Origin: Gammaproteobacteria bacterium
Lineage (GTDB): Bacteria; Pseudomonadota; Gammaproteobacteria; Pseudomonadales; Azotimanducaceae
Length of the DNA stretch: 63,645 bases
Reading direction: 5' to 3'
NCBI GenBank assembly: GCA_009843635.1
Contig: VYDB01000078.1
Location: forward strand, 1-63,645
Shown: positions 39,102-49,000 of the stretch, piece by piece
How the letters are laid out: every line of letters begins with the position of its first letter
Position numbering within the stretch: position 1 is the stretch's first letter
The notes under the pieces: generated by a model
Database searches by the model: none
Seen by the model: only the letters and a program-made list of their open reading frames with translations
What the model was told of the DNA's origin: nothing
Translations under genes and position numbers: made by a program

Positions 39102-41361
39102 TAGTTGTCGAATATCCGGTCCTAGGTGCCACGAACCGAACGTCTGCCCCTCTTTCCGCAGCGATCATTCTGACAATGGCGAGCCCGAGACCCTGTCCGC
39201 CCAAGGCAATAGAGCGGTTGACATCGCTTATCTCCGTCTTCCTTTCGAATGGCTCGAATAGAACGCTAGCATCCTCTATCGGCACCGCCAGCCCACCGCC
39301 AGTATCGCTGACTTGGAAACTCTGGCTACGACGCTCGATCGCACCATCAAATCGCACAGCTTTTCGTTCACTGTCGAGCATGGCGTCCCACGCGTTGAAC
39401 AGAATGTTCTGAACAACGGCACTCCATTCAACGAAGGCACCCATGGGGAAACGAAGGGTCTTCGGAATACCACTGAAATCGAAGGCCACGCGGGGCATTC
39501 GGGGTCGAACTGCCCTTACCACCTGACTGGCAACCAAGGAAACAGGCAACCGGCGCGTTGCTTTCCGGTCTTCCGCATCGGTCAACGGCGAAAACAGCTG
39601 CCGGTAGGAGTTAAAGCGCTCGTTGAAAGTGGCCAAGTCAGCTACGGCCTTTTCAAGAACAGGTGATGGGGATTCTTTCGATAGCTTCTTCAATACTTCA
39701 GCCACGTCCGCAACTAGATTCGCTTCACGGGCAATTTCGTGATCCATGGCCAACGCAGCCATTCCAGCTGTGGCGAGTGGTCCGAGGATGGCAGCTCTGC
39801 TATCCAAAGCCTCGCTTTCGGTCTTGACGGCTTGGTCGACGGCAACCAGCTCCCGTCGAACTTCCCTATACACCTCATCCGGTATATTCGCCTTTGCCTT
39901 TTCGATGGTCTTGAGCGCTCCCGACAAGACTACAGTCGGTGGCTCTTTAACCCGCCTGTCCTGCACTAGCCGGTCAGCCAACGCTCGGTATCGGTTGGCA
40001 TAGAAGTCCACCGAGTAGCGCACCAAGTCTCGAAGCTGGTCAAACGCACGGTTGGGAGCAAGACGGTCCCTCCCAGGCTGAATTTGCAGGCACTGGCCTG
40101 AACTGCCGAGTTGCTCAAAGATGTGTCGCTCGTGATTGGTATTCACTTCGACAGCGCCGAATATACGACCGGGATTGGGAAGATCCAGAAGATAGCGGCC
40201 CGAAGTCCTCAAGCGATCCGGCAGGAGTTCGGAAGTTACCAATCGTCGACCTTGATCAGCAGCAATGTTCAACCAATCTTGTCCCCCTCGGTCTTGGGAC
40301 GAGCCGTAGTAGGGCAAACGGAAGCCAGAATCGTACACGGACACATTTCCATGAGTGCGCAAGTACTCGCGCATGGCGTTCACTGCGAGTCCTCCAGGCT
40401 GCATTCCTTCTGGCTTAAAAATCAGTACTTCAAAACGCGCTTGATCGAGAGCAGGGAGAATTCGATGTTCTGAGAATTCGCCAGCAGACTGAACCTCAGG
40501 CTTCAAATTGCGAACTACGGGAAACCTCACCGTTTCGCGGAACGTCTGAAGTTCTTCCAGTCCTTTTGGATAATCTTCTGCGAACTCCACGCTTACATTG
40601 GCCTTGCCGCTACCCCCACCGCCTCGTCCATCCTCAAGTATGCCTGTAATGCGAGCCTTCCAGTTCGAAAACAGCGTTTGATGCATCTTGTCAAAGCTCT
40701 CTTCGGCGCTTGCGACGCCCGGAGCGTTCAAGTCAACGTAGAAGTCGAACGCCGTCTTGCCTTTGGTCCGTCGATTCGCCCCACGAAAAGGAGAACGCAA
40801 CGTCCACACGTCCCTGCCAAGCTCTTCGATAGCTTTGGTGCCCCAATCCGTTTTCAAACCGGTGAGGATGATCTTTGTCCCATGGATCGAGTTATCCGCG
40901 TATGGCCCTCTTCCGGATCGCGAATCCCAGTCGACATTAACCCTATTAATGTCGTCGCCACTACGTATGGTTGTCCAGTCCACAACCGCGTATAACATCT
41001 GGTTTGGACTGGTCTTTGAATTGCTCTGCAGTTCCATCTCGTCCGCAAGGAACTGGGCAGACAATCGGCCGATTCCCTTGGAGCCTGTCATCGGCCGTTT
41101 GAGTTCGCGCGAGACCCGTTCGGCAGCCCTGTGAGTAGTCCCAACGCGTAACCAAAAGTTGTGAAACTCCTGCTCCGAGATCCCATGGCCGTCGTCTGTC
41201 ACGACAATCCGGTCGTTTTCGATGTCTATTCGGCAGGTATGGGCATCCGCATCGTAGGCATTCTTGACGAGTTCAGCCAAAGCAATATGCGCCCGACCGA
41301 TCAGGCGCTCGCCCAACTCGCGGAGCAGGGCAGCATCTACGCTGAAGTGTGCGGACTTCAT
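39079..41361 (-). CDS. Atypical sensor kinase: N-terminal GHKL (MORC/Hsp90-like) ATPase domain fused to a C-terminal histidine-kinase core (H-box plus HATPase_c)
   Basis: N-terminal Bergerat fold motifs ELVKNAYDADA (N-box), VTDDGHGIS (G1), GSKGIGRLSAQF (G2). Mid-protein LAMDHEIAREAN (H-box-like). C-terminal NILFNAWDAM (N-box), VSDTGGGL (G1), GGQGLGLAIVRMIAAERGADV (G2). 760 aa. Lowest-GC stretch in the window. Confidence 0.7.
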   Translation of the reverse strand: MKSAHFSVDAALLRELGERLIGRAHIALAELVKNAYDADAHTCRIDIENDRIVVTDDGHGISEQEFHNFWLRVGTTHRAAERVSRELKRPMTGSKGIGRLSAQFLADEMELQSNSKTSPNQMLYAVVDWTTIRSGDDINRVNVDWDSRSGRGPYADNSIHGTKIILTGLKTDWGTKAIEELGRDVWTLRSPFRGANRRTKGKTAFDFYVDLNAPGVASAEESFDKMHQTLFSNWKARITGILEDGRGGGGSGKANVSVEFAEDYPKGLEELQTFRETVRFPVVRNLKPEVQSAGEFSEHRILPALDQARFEVLIFKPEGMQPGGLAVNAMREYLRTHGNVSVYDSGFRLPYYGSSQDRGGQDWLNIAADQGRRLVTSELLPDRLRTSGRYLLDLPNPGRIFGAVEVNTNHERHIFEQLGSSGQCLQIQPGRDRLAPNRAFDQLRDLVRYSVDFYANRYRALADRLVQDRRVKEPPTVVLSGALKTIEKAKANIPDEVYREVRRELVAVDQAVKTESEALDSRAAILGPLATAGMAALAMDHEIAREANLVADVAEVLKKLSKESPSPVLEKAVADLATFNERFNSYRQLFSPLTDAEDRKATRRLPVSLVASQVVRAVRPRMPRVAFDFSGIPKTLRFPMGAFVEWSAVVQNILFNAWDAMLDSERKAVRFDGAIERRSQSFQVSDTGGGLAVPIEDASVLFEPFERKTEISDVNRSIALGGQGLGLAIVRMIAAERGADVRFVAPRTGYSTTIEISWKE

Positions 41362-41656
41362 AGTTTCACGCGGCCCAAGCAGACCCTGCCGCGTTGCGTC
41401 TCAGCGGCAGTCGATGTCAGGTTGGTCCTGCATAGGCGTACACAAGGTACAGGCCAGCTCGCTCAAATGGTTGTAAAGTTGAGTGTGGATTGCCAGTCGA
41501 TGGGTGTCAACTCGCCCAAAACGCTCGCCCGAAGCCCCGCCGCTTCAGGGACAATCGCAGCAACCACGGATGAATTCGCCCTAGTGGCGGCTTACCGTAG
41601 GGAAAACTCTGGTCATCACCTAAGCATCAAAATCAATCGGCTCCGCTAGCCCACCA

Positions 41657-44596
41657 TCACTCTAAAACCCCAAACACCTTCATCACCTCATCCCCCAGGT
41701 GGTTGATCACCTTCACGGCAATCCGCCCGGTCGAGGGCTTTGGGAATGCCCGCGAGGTGTCGCTGTTCAGGGTGGCCCAGGCTTCGAGGTCGATTTCGGC
41801 CTTTAGGGTGGTCTTGAGGGATTTGTAGGGGTCGCCGGCGCCGAGGAAGTAGGCTTGGCGGACGAAGAAGCTCTCTTCGTTGTAATCGGTGTCCACGAAC
41901 CAGCAGGCGATGCCCTCGGCCTCGTCGCTGCGGACTTCGCCGGTGGAAGGGTCGAAGACGTCGACGCCGTTGATCTTCACCTTGAGCCAGTCCGGTTCGT
42001 CGTCGGGGCCGGCGGCGGGTTCGATGTCGATGTCGGGTTCGCCGAAGATGACGAAGAGGTTGGCCTTGTCGGTCTTTTTGAGGTCGTCGGCCATGTGCAG
42101 GTCGGCGTTCATGCGGGCCTTGAGGACTGGGACGCGGCCGAGCTTGTTGAACTCGGTGGCGTGGGCTTCGTAGTTGAAGGCGCAGGCGATCAGGGCGTCG
42201 AAGCCCGCTTCGGCGGCTTCACGCACAGCGCTCACCAAGTCGGTGCGGGAGACGGTGCCGAACTCTGGGCCGATGAAGATGCCGGCCCGCTGCTCTTTGG
42301 CGGTTTTCGCGTCGCCACCTTCCGCGTAGCGGCCTTCCGCGCAGACAAGGCTGCCGGGCCAAGGGTTGAGCGACGTGAATTTGATGTGGCCCCGCTTGTC
42401 GGCCTGCTGGACACCGGCTGTGCGCAGGTTTTCGAGCACCATGTGGGCGAAGTCCTGAACTGGTGTGCTGGCGCCCGCATCATAGGTGGCACGGGGCTCG
42501 GCGATCATCAGCTTGTCGTCCTCGTCTAGTGCCGCCAATCGGTGCGGCGACAAGCTCTCTACCGTGAAGGGGCCAGCCACGCGGGTCTTGGCCCTGTCTT
42601 CGTATGGTTTGTCGTAGAGGGTTTCGTACTCGGCGCGGGCAGCGATGCAGGCGTCGATCTCACGCTGGCGGGCGATGCGGGCCTCCCAGAGGCGTGTGTG
42701 GGCCTCGCGGGCCGCGTCGTTCGAGCCTTGATCCAGTTCGGCGGGAACTTCCCATTCGAGGAAACCGTTGGCTGGAGCGGACTCGCCAGACGGCAAGGCG
42801 ACGGTAGCGTCCTCGGCGGCAGTGAAATCGATGGACTCGCCCTTGCGGCCACCGATTTCGACCTCGAAAGGCATGGCATGGCCCTGCAAGGCGTGGTTGA
42901 GGTCGGTGAGCGCGGCTTCGACTTCCGGCTGCAGCCGCTCGTAAATCACGTCGATTTCGGCGTTGTTGGCGATGGACTTCAAGGTGATGTGCGGCACCCG
43001 TTGGTACACGAAGCCTTGGCGGATATCACTGTAGGTGGGTGATTCGGAGGGCGCGTTGCGCGACAGCTCCGCCTCCTTGCGCTGGCCTTCCGGGCTGTCA
43101 GCCAAGAGGTAGTAGGGGTAGCGTGCGCCCATGATGCGAGAGCGAGCGAGGGCTAGGGCGACGCGTGAGGTGTCGATGGTGATCCAGCGGCGACCCCATT
43201 GTTCGGCGACATAGGCCGTGGTGCCGGAGCCGCAGGTAGGATCGAGGACTAGATCACCTGGGTCAGTAGCCATGAGCAAACAGCGTTCGATCACTTTGGC
43301 GTTGGTTTGAACGACGTACATCTTGTCCATGCCACTTCCAGAGGCTGTGTCTGCCCAGAGGTTCGAAAGTGGATTTACAGGGTTGTCACCCACAAATCGT
43401 ACATAGTTGAGTGTGCGTCCCACATTTGCAACGCGATCTGATCGCAGAAGCCGCGCCATTCCCTGTTCGTTAGTAGACCAGCTTCTTCCAGCGGTGGGTG
43501 CGAATGTCCCTCCGAACGCGATTGCAGGATACACGCAACTAGGCGTCCTACCAGCGGCAAGTAGAATTTGATACCTAGCGAATTGGTCTATCGAGGGCGA
43601 CTCATTTGGTTGAATCCGCCTAAACCTGCCGACCGTGTCCTTAACTAGAGAATATGCGGCATCGTTTTCTGGATCCTTGTGTGCAAAGAGAAGCCGACGT
43701 TTCGCTTGGCCGTTATACCTTTCGTACCAAAGTATGAAATCCGCAACTTGAGCCATCTGACCCTTGCCCAGGCCAGCGGTCTTTTTGATGGTGAGGATTG
43801 TGACAAAGCAGTCTTCTCCAAACACCTCATCCATCACCGCTCGCACCCGATGTACATTCTCATCCCCAATCTGCACGAAGATGCTCCCGCTCTCCGTCAG
43901 CAAATCCCGCGCTGCCGTCAGCCGGTCCCGCAGATAGGTCAGATACGAGTGAATCCCGTCCCGCCAAGTGTCCCGAAACGCCTTCACCTGTTCCGGCTCC
44001 CGGGTGATGTGCTCCGGCTTGCCGTCCTTCACGTCGCGGTTGGTGGTTGACCACTGGAAGTTGGAGTTGAACTTGATCCCATAGGGCGGATCGATGTAGA
44101 TGCACTGCACCTTGCCGCGCAGGCCCTCGCGCTCGGCGAGGCTGGCCATCACCTGCAAGGCGTCGCCCAAGATCATCCGGTTCGACCAGTTGGCGTCGTG
44201 CTGGTAGAACTCGGTCTTGGCATCGCCATCCGGCAGGCCGTTGAAGTCGCCGAAGATGTCGGTCTGGAAGCCGGGCTCGGCGGCATCCTTCTCGGCCCGC
44301 GCCTTGCGGCTCATGCGGGCCAGATCGTCGATCAGCACCTTCGGATGCACCTTCTCCTGTATGAACAGTGGCGGTGCCTGCACCACCAGATTGGACCAGT
44401 CCGCCATATCCTTGCCGCGCCAGACCAGTTGCGGATCGAGGTCCGGGTTGCGGCGCTCGTAGGCAACCTGAATGGGGTTCTGATCATCTGAACGCATCAC
44501 CGGCTGATACTCGGCGGTGGGGATATTGCGGCGCTTGGCCCCGTCGTGGGTGAACGCCTCGACGGCCTTGCGCCTTTTGGTCCGGCTGCGCGCCAT
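41657..44596 (-). CDS. mod: Type III restriction-modification Mod-like DNA methyltransferase (N6A/N4C), unusually long at 979 aa with an extra C-terminal region
   Basis: Catalytic motif IV CIYIDPPYGIKFNSNF, AdoMet motif VLDPTCGSGTTAYVA. It lies downstream of the res gene on the same strand. Confidence 0.8.
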   Translation of the reverse strand: MARSRTKRRKAVEAFTHDGAKRRNIPTAEYQPVMRSDDQNPIQVAYERRNPDLDPQLVWRGKDMADWSNLVVQAPPLFIQEKVHPKVLIDDLARMSRKARAEKDAAEPGFQTDIFGDFNGLPDGDAKTEFYQHDANWSNRMILGDALQVMASLAEREGLRGKVQCIYIDPPYGIKFNSNFQWSTTNRDVKDGKPEHITREPEQVKAFRDTWRDGIHSYLTYLRDRLTAARDLLTESGSIFVQIGDENVHRVRAVMDEVFGEDCFVTILTIKKTAGLGKGQMAQVADFILWYERYNGQAKRRLLFAHKDPENDAAYSLVKDTVGRFRRIQPNESPSIDQFARYQILLAAGRTPSCVYPAIAFGGTFAPTAGRSWSTNEQGMARLLRSDRVANVGRTLNYVRFVGDNPVNPLSNLWADTASGSGMDKMYVVQTNAKVIERCLLMATDPGDLVLDPTCGSGTTAYVAEQWGRRWITIDTSRVALALARSRIMGARYPYYLLADSPEGQRKEAELSRNAPSESPTYSDIRQGFVYQRVPHITLKSIANNAEIDVIYERLQPEVEAALTDLNHALQGHAMPFEVEIGGRKGESIDFTAAEDATVALPSGESAPANGFLEWEVPAELDQGSNDAAREAHTRLWEARIARQREIDACIAARAEYETLYDKPYEDRAKTRVAGPFTVESLSPHRLAALDEDDKLMIAEPRATYDAGASTPVQDFAHMVLENLRTAGVQQADKRGHIKFTSLNPWPGSLVCAEGRYAEGGDAKTAKEQRAGIFIGPEFGTVSRTDLVSAVREAAEAGFDALIACAFNYEAHATEFNKLGRVPVLKARMNADLHMADDLKKTDKANLFVIFGEPDIDIEPAAGPDDEPDWLKVKINGVDVFDPSTGEVRSDEAEGIACWFVDTDYNEESFFVRQAYFLGAGDPYKSLKTTLKAEIDLEAWATLNSDTSRAFPKPSTGRIAVKVINHLGDEVMKVFGVLE

Positions 44597-44613
44597 GGAT
44601 CAATACTTCCAGG

Positions 44614-45402
44614 CTACGCCGCTACGCGATGCAGGAGCTTGCGCTTGAAGTCTTCGTGCGCCTCCAGCGACGAGATCATTTCACCGCCGACATCGGACAG
44701 CCTAGCGAGATCGGCTCTTGGGATCGCAGCCTGGTCTTCGAAGATAAGTATGGACTCGAAGCTGAGGTCGTGCCTGTGGAAGTGCGACAGCATGATCGTG
44801 GTGAGGCGTGCCTTGTCGCGGTTCGGGACGCCATAGAGAAACACCGGGTCACCTCTCTCTGCCTCAATGCGGTAGTCCACCAAGTAAGCTGACGCGTTGG
44901 GAACGGTAGGCACATGGTCACGTTCGGTTCGAGCCTCATCCACAAAACTGAAAAGGAGTTCAGCCAAGTCATCATAAAACGTGGAACCAACATTCGAGCG
45001 CGACAGCAGCGTCAGGTCGTAAACTCGAGTCAGGGCTTGCCCGAAGGTGAAGACCGCTTCGGGCAAGCGTTCCGGTGCCGTATCAAGGCAGAGCACGCCC
45101 CGGTCTCCGTCCCAGCTCAAGCCGGTTTCCCCCATAATTCGCTCAAGCAGCATTCCCCGCGTTCCATCCAAAAACGAATCCACTTCGTGGTCGTAGCTGA
45201 TATGCATCAGCGTGTGGCCACAGTCGGACAAGCGAAGCCCGCCCGCTGCCGACTCGGAAAGATGAATCGGATAGCGATCACCGTCAGGAAACGAAAAGTG
45301 CGTGCGCAACATCAAAGCGCCGTCCGGACGCTGGTCGATTCGCACGTCTTCGCAAAGACGGGCACAAAGCAGAGTTCGAAGCGCGTCGGTGTCTAGAGCC
45401 AT
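44614..45402 (-). CDS. Hypothetical protein (262 aa) interposed between res and mod
   Basis: ORF whose start codon shares 1 nt with the stop of the upstream 156-aa ORF (45402). No recognised motifs. Confidence 0.5.
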   Translation of the reverse strand: MALDTDALRTLLCARLCEDVRIDQRPDGALMLRTHFSFPDGDRYPIHLSESAAGGLRLSDCGHTLMHISYDHEVDSFLDGTRGMLLERIMGETGLSWDGDRGVLCLDTAPERLPEAVFTFGQALTRVYDLTLLSRSNVGSTFYDDLAELLFSFVDEARTERDHVPTVPNASAYLVDYRIEAERGDPVFLYGVPNRDKARLTTIMLSHFHRHDLSFESILIFEDQAAIPRADLARLSDVGGEMISSLEAHEDFKRKLLHRVAA

Positions 45403-45872
45403 CAGAGCAACTTCTGTTGGTGCTGGACTTTCAGCCCACTCACCTTGTAATCCTCTAGGAGGCAGGCAAGCGCCCCATCCAAGGAATCGAATCGACTCGT
45501 TTCGGTTGCGCCCGAGTCCGCTCTTCTGCCTGCCGCTATGGCACTCTCCGAGGCCTTATGAATGTGCGGGCGATAGCTAATGTTGCCATGCTCGTGGCTC
45601 GGACCGTTGTAACGCGCAAGCATTAGCTTCGGGCCGCCGCGGGGCAGATAGGCAATCCCGCAGGAAAAGTCTTGCGAATCCCCAAGGTTCTGCCTTTGGT
45701 AGATCAGGAATCGGTCCTCACCGTCGGATGTTCCGACCAACTGAAAGTTGCGCTGCATATGAGCCGGTCTCTCCTTGGGTTTTTCCTGCCAATGCGCTCC
45801 AGGATTGGTGACCCGCTTTGACATCGACCGAAGCGCATCCAATTCCCCTTCGGTGTATAGCTTGGTGGTCAA
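45402..45872 (-). CDS. Hypothetical protein (156 aa) interposed between res and mod
   Basis: ORF translationally coupled to the 262-aa ORF. Contains SHEHGNISYRPHIHKA (His-rich, possibly metal-binding). No recognised family. Confidence 0.45.
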   Translation of the reverse strand: MTTKLYTEGELDALRSMSKRVTNPGAHWQEKPKERPAHMQRNFQLVGTSDGEDRFLIYQRQNLGDSQDFSCGIAYLPRGGPKLMLARYNGPSHEHGNISYRPHIHKASESAIAAGRRADSGATETSRFDSLDGALACLLEDYKVSGLKVQHQQKLL

Positions 45873-46026
45873 GCGGATAGCCTCATTAGGGAAGACTCAC
45901 AACCCCGCGCAGCGACAGGCTCGACCGTCAACGGTGCGGCAGCGACCCTTCTGAAATCCCAGGGCGCTGCATCCCAATAGCCGCTCTCTTCGGCCTCCCG
46001 AACCGGAACTTTGAGCCTCACTTCAC

Positions 46027-49000
46027 CTAACTCACGTACTGTTGCTTGGATGGTAACCCAGTTTCGCGGCCTTCCAGCACAAAGCCATCCGCCAATGCGC
46101 ACTCGATAACGCGACCCAGTTCTTCCTCCAACTTGGCCGCCAAGTCATCCTGCATCGTGTGCACATCCCGCAACTCCACGAACGCCCACCGGCCATAGCA
46201 CCCATGCGCATTGACGCCCGGCACCCAATAGGTGTCCATGGTGTCCTTCTTGGCCTTGGCATCCTCGCCGCGATAGCCCTTGACCTCCAACACCAGATGC
46301 AAGGGACCATCGGCATCCTGTCCGTCGTCGATCAGGGCAATGAAGTCCGGGATGTACCTGCGGGTCTCCCCGGCGAACGAATAGGGCACTTCAAAGCCAA
46401 GATTGTGGTTCTTCACCCAAGCCAACACACCGGTGTGCCCATCTAGGATGCGACACAGCTCCCCCTCCCAATCGCTGTCGAGGATTGCCCAGTTCAGATG
46501 GCACCGTCCACCGGCTTCCGCCTTGTAGCGCGAGGTTCGGGAAGTGGTGAAGTTGACGTGCCGGGTGGTGCCGGTCGGATTGAAGGGATCGAGCACGGCC
46601 TTCACGGGCTGGCGGTCTAGCTCAGCACGCGTGATTGCCGCCGAAATGCGCTCGCAGGCCATGTCCGCCAGATCAGCAATCATCAACTGCGCCGGACGGG
46701 TGTTGCCTTGGCAGATGAGGCATTCTTTAAGCCATTGCCCTGCGATGCGCTTCAACTGGCCAAACAAGTGCAGTTCCGGCTCGCCATTAGGATCGCGCCA
46801 GTGGTTGTACAGCAGCCTCAGAGTGAGGTGGTAGAGCAAGGCGCGCGGTCGTACACGATCCAGATGGTCCACAGTCAGATCGTGCCCTTGGCCGATGATG
46901 CCTTGGTTGTGGGTGATGGTCGGCCCCACTAGTTTCGGGGTGAGTTCCAATCGGGAATCCTCGGTGAAATCGGCGGTGAGCTGGTCGTCCGGCAGTTCCA
47001 CACGGTAGCCGGCCACTTGGGGGAAGCGGATTTCGGCATGGTCCCGCTCAGGCGAGAGCGCCTTCACCTGCACGGTCTCGGCGGGCTTTTGGGGTGGGGC
47101 GACCACTGGCTTGGCGGTGAAGTCGAAGGGGATGCCGAACACATCAGCATACTCGGCATCGAACAGGCCCTGTTCGTTGAGCGCGTATGACTGCCGGCGC
47201 AGGGAGCGGCCAATCACCTGTTCGCAAAGCAGTTGGGTGCCAAAGGCGCGCAGGCCGAGCACATGGGTGACGGTATTGGCATCCCAACCTTCGGTTAGCA
47301 TTGCCACTGAGACCACGCAGCGGATTCCACCTCCGAGGCGGCCAGCCTTGCCCACCGTGTTCATCACTTCGCGCAGCAGATCCTCGTCTTTGAGCTGTTC
47401 CGCCTGCTGGCGGTCACCCGTACGAGCGATGATTTCGCGGCGGAAGCGTTCGATTTCGTCGGCAGCGGCTGTGCGGAAGTTTCTGTCTAGGGCCTCGCCG
47501 GACTCGAGCTGGCGGCTGTCGATAAGTAAGGTTCGCGGCCTCGCCAGCGGTTCGCCCTGTTCATCAAAGTTGCGGAAGAGCGCAAGCCGCCCGTTGTGGA
47601 CAACTCGCTCGCCACTATCCGCTTCGCGTTCGAAGCCAGAGACGTAGTCGTACACCAGCTTCGAGGTTGCCGTGTTGTTGCATACTATGATGAAGCATGG
47701 TGGCACCTCGATTTTCGCCTCGTTCCAAAGGCGAAAAGTCTCCTCGTAGTGTCCGTAAAGCGCCTCCAAGGCCGTTTGCAGTTCCGGAGGCAGTTTCAAC
47801 GGGTCGAGTTGCGAACCAGCTCCCTTGCCCTTCTTCGGCATCTTCTTGCCGATATGCTCCCAAAGGTTGCGATACATCGGCATCTCATCGTCGGGCACGT
47901 TGTCCACCACTGGCACCCTCGGCAGTTTGACGATGCCGCACTCGATGGCATCCATCAGCGAGAAGTCGCTGACCGTCCAAGGAAACAGAGTGCCTTCCGC
48001 GTAGCCCGAACCGCGTAGGAAGAAGGGCGTTGCGGAGAGGTCGATCACCTTTGCTAGACCGAGCTGGCTTTGTGCCGCTTCGAGTCCTGATATCCACACC
48101 CGCGCCGCTTCTAGATTGCGTTCCGCCTCGCGGCGGTCGTCGCCGACCAGCTTGCCCTCATCGTCGTCACCGGGCTTTTCCCGATAGCAGTGGTGAGCTT
48201 CGTCGTTGAGGACGAGGATGCCTTTCATGGTCATGAGTTCGGGCATCACGCGGGCCAGCATCTGGCCTTCGGTTTCGCGGCTGGCAATCGCTGGCCCGCG
48301 ACCTTGGAGCAGCGCCCGGCTGCCCTTGGCGAGGTCCAACGTCTCGCGCAGTTGGAACGCATGGTAGTTGGTGATGACGATCTTGGCCTTGTCCAGTTCC
48401 CGCAGCATGTCGGCAGGCACCAGTTCGCGACTGGCGTAGTAGCTATCGGGGTCGTTGGGCTGGAGCACCCGCAGACGGTCGCGGATGGTGATGCCGGGCG
48501 CGACCACGAGGAAACCGCGGGTGAAGCGCGGGCTGTTCGGACGACGCACGGCGTTCACCGTCTGCCAAGCGATGAGCATGGCCATCACCGCAGTCTTGCC
48601 CGCGCCGGTAGCGAGCTTGAGAGCCATGCGCGACAGACCGGGGTTGGCCTGTTGGCTCGCGGCTTCGATCTGTTCCAGAAAGCGGCTGCCGCCCTTGCCA
48701 AGGCTGGGGGCAACCTCGGTAAGCCAGATTGCGGTCTCCACCGCCTCCACTTGGCAGAAAAATGGGCGGATGCCAGCGAACGGATGATGCCGCCAGTGCT
48801 TTAGCAACCGGGCAGTCTCAGGGGTCACCCGCCATTGCGCTTCGGGCAGCCCCCGCCACGCGGTGAGTTCCTGCCGCAGGCTATCGATTAACGCCGTCAG
48901 CTCGTACTGCTGGTCATCTGCATCAAGCGCTTGGCTCTGCGCGTCAAAGGCAAATTGATCCTGTACCTTTCCTCCCGCCTTGCGCGGCTTCGGAATTGGC

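Noticed and set aside
39313-40473. + strand small ORFs (39313..39666, 39746..40003, 40111..40473) inside the GHKL-kinase gene
   Set aside because: The Bergerat-fold and HK motifs are on the minus strand. These are short antisense frames of an AT-richer gene and lack any motif.
41855-43042. + strand ORFs 41855..42529 and 42542..43042 inside the mod gene
   Set aside because: Antisense to the Mod methyltransferase (DPPY and AdoMet motifs on the minus strand). Gly/Val/Ala-rich shadow translations.
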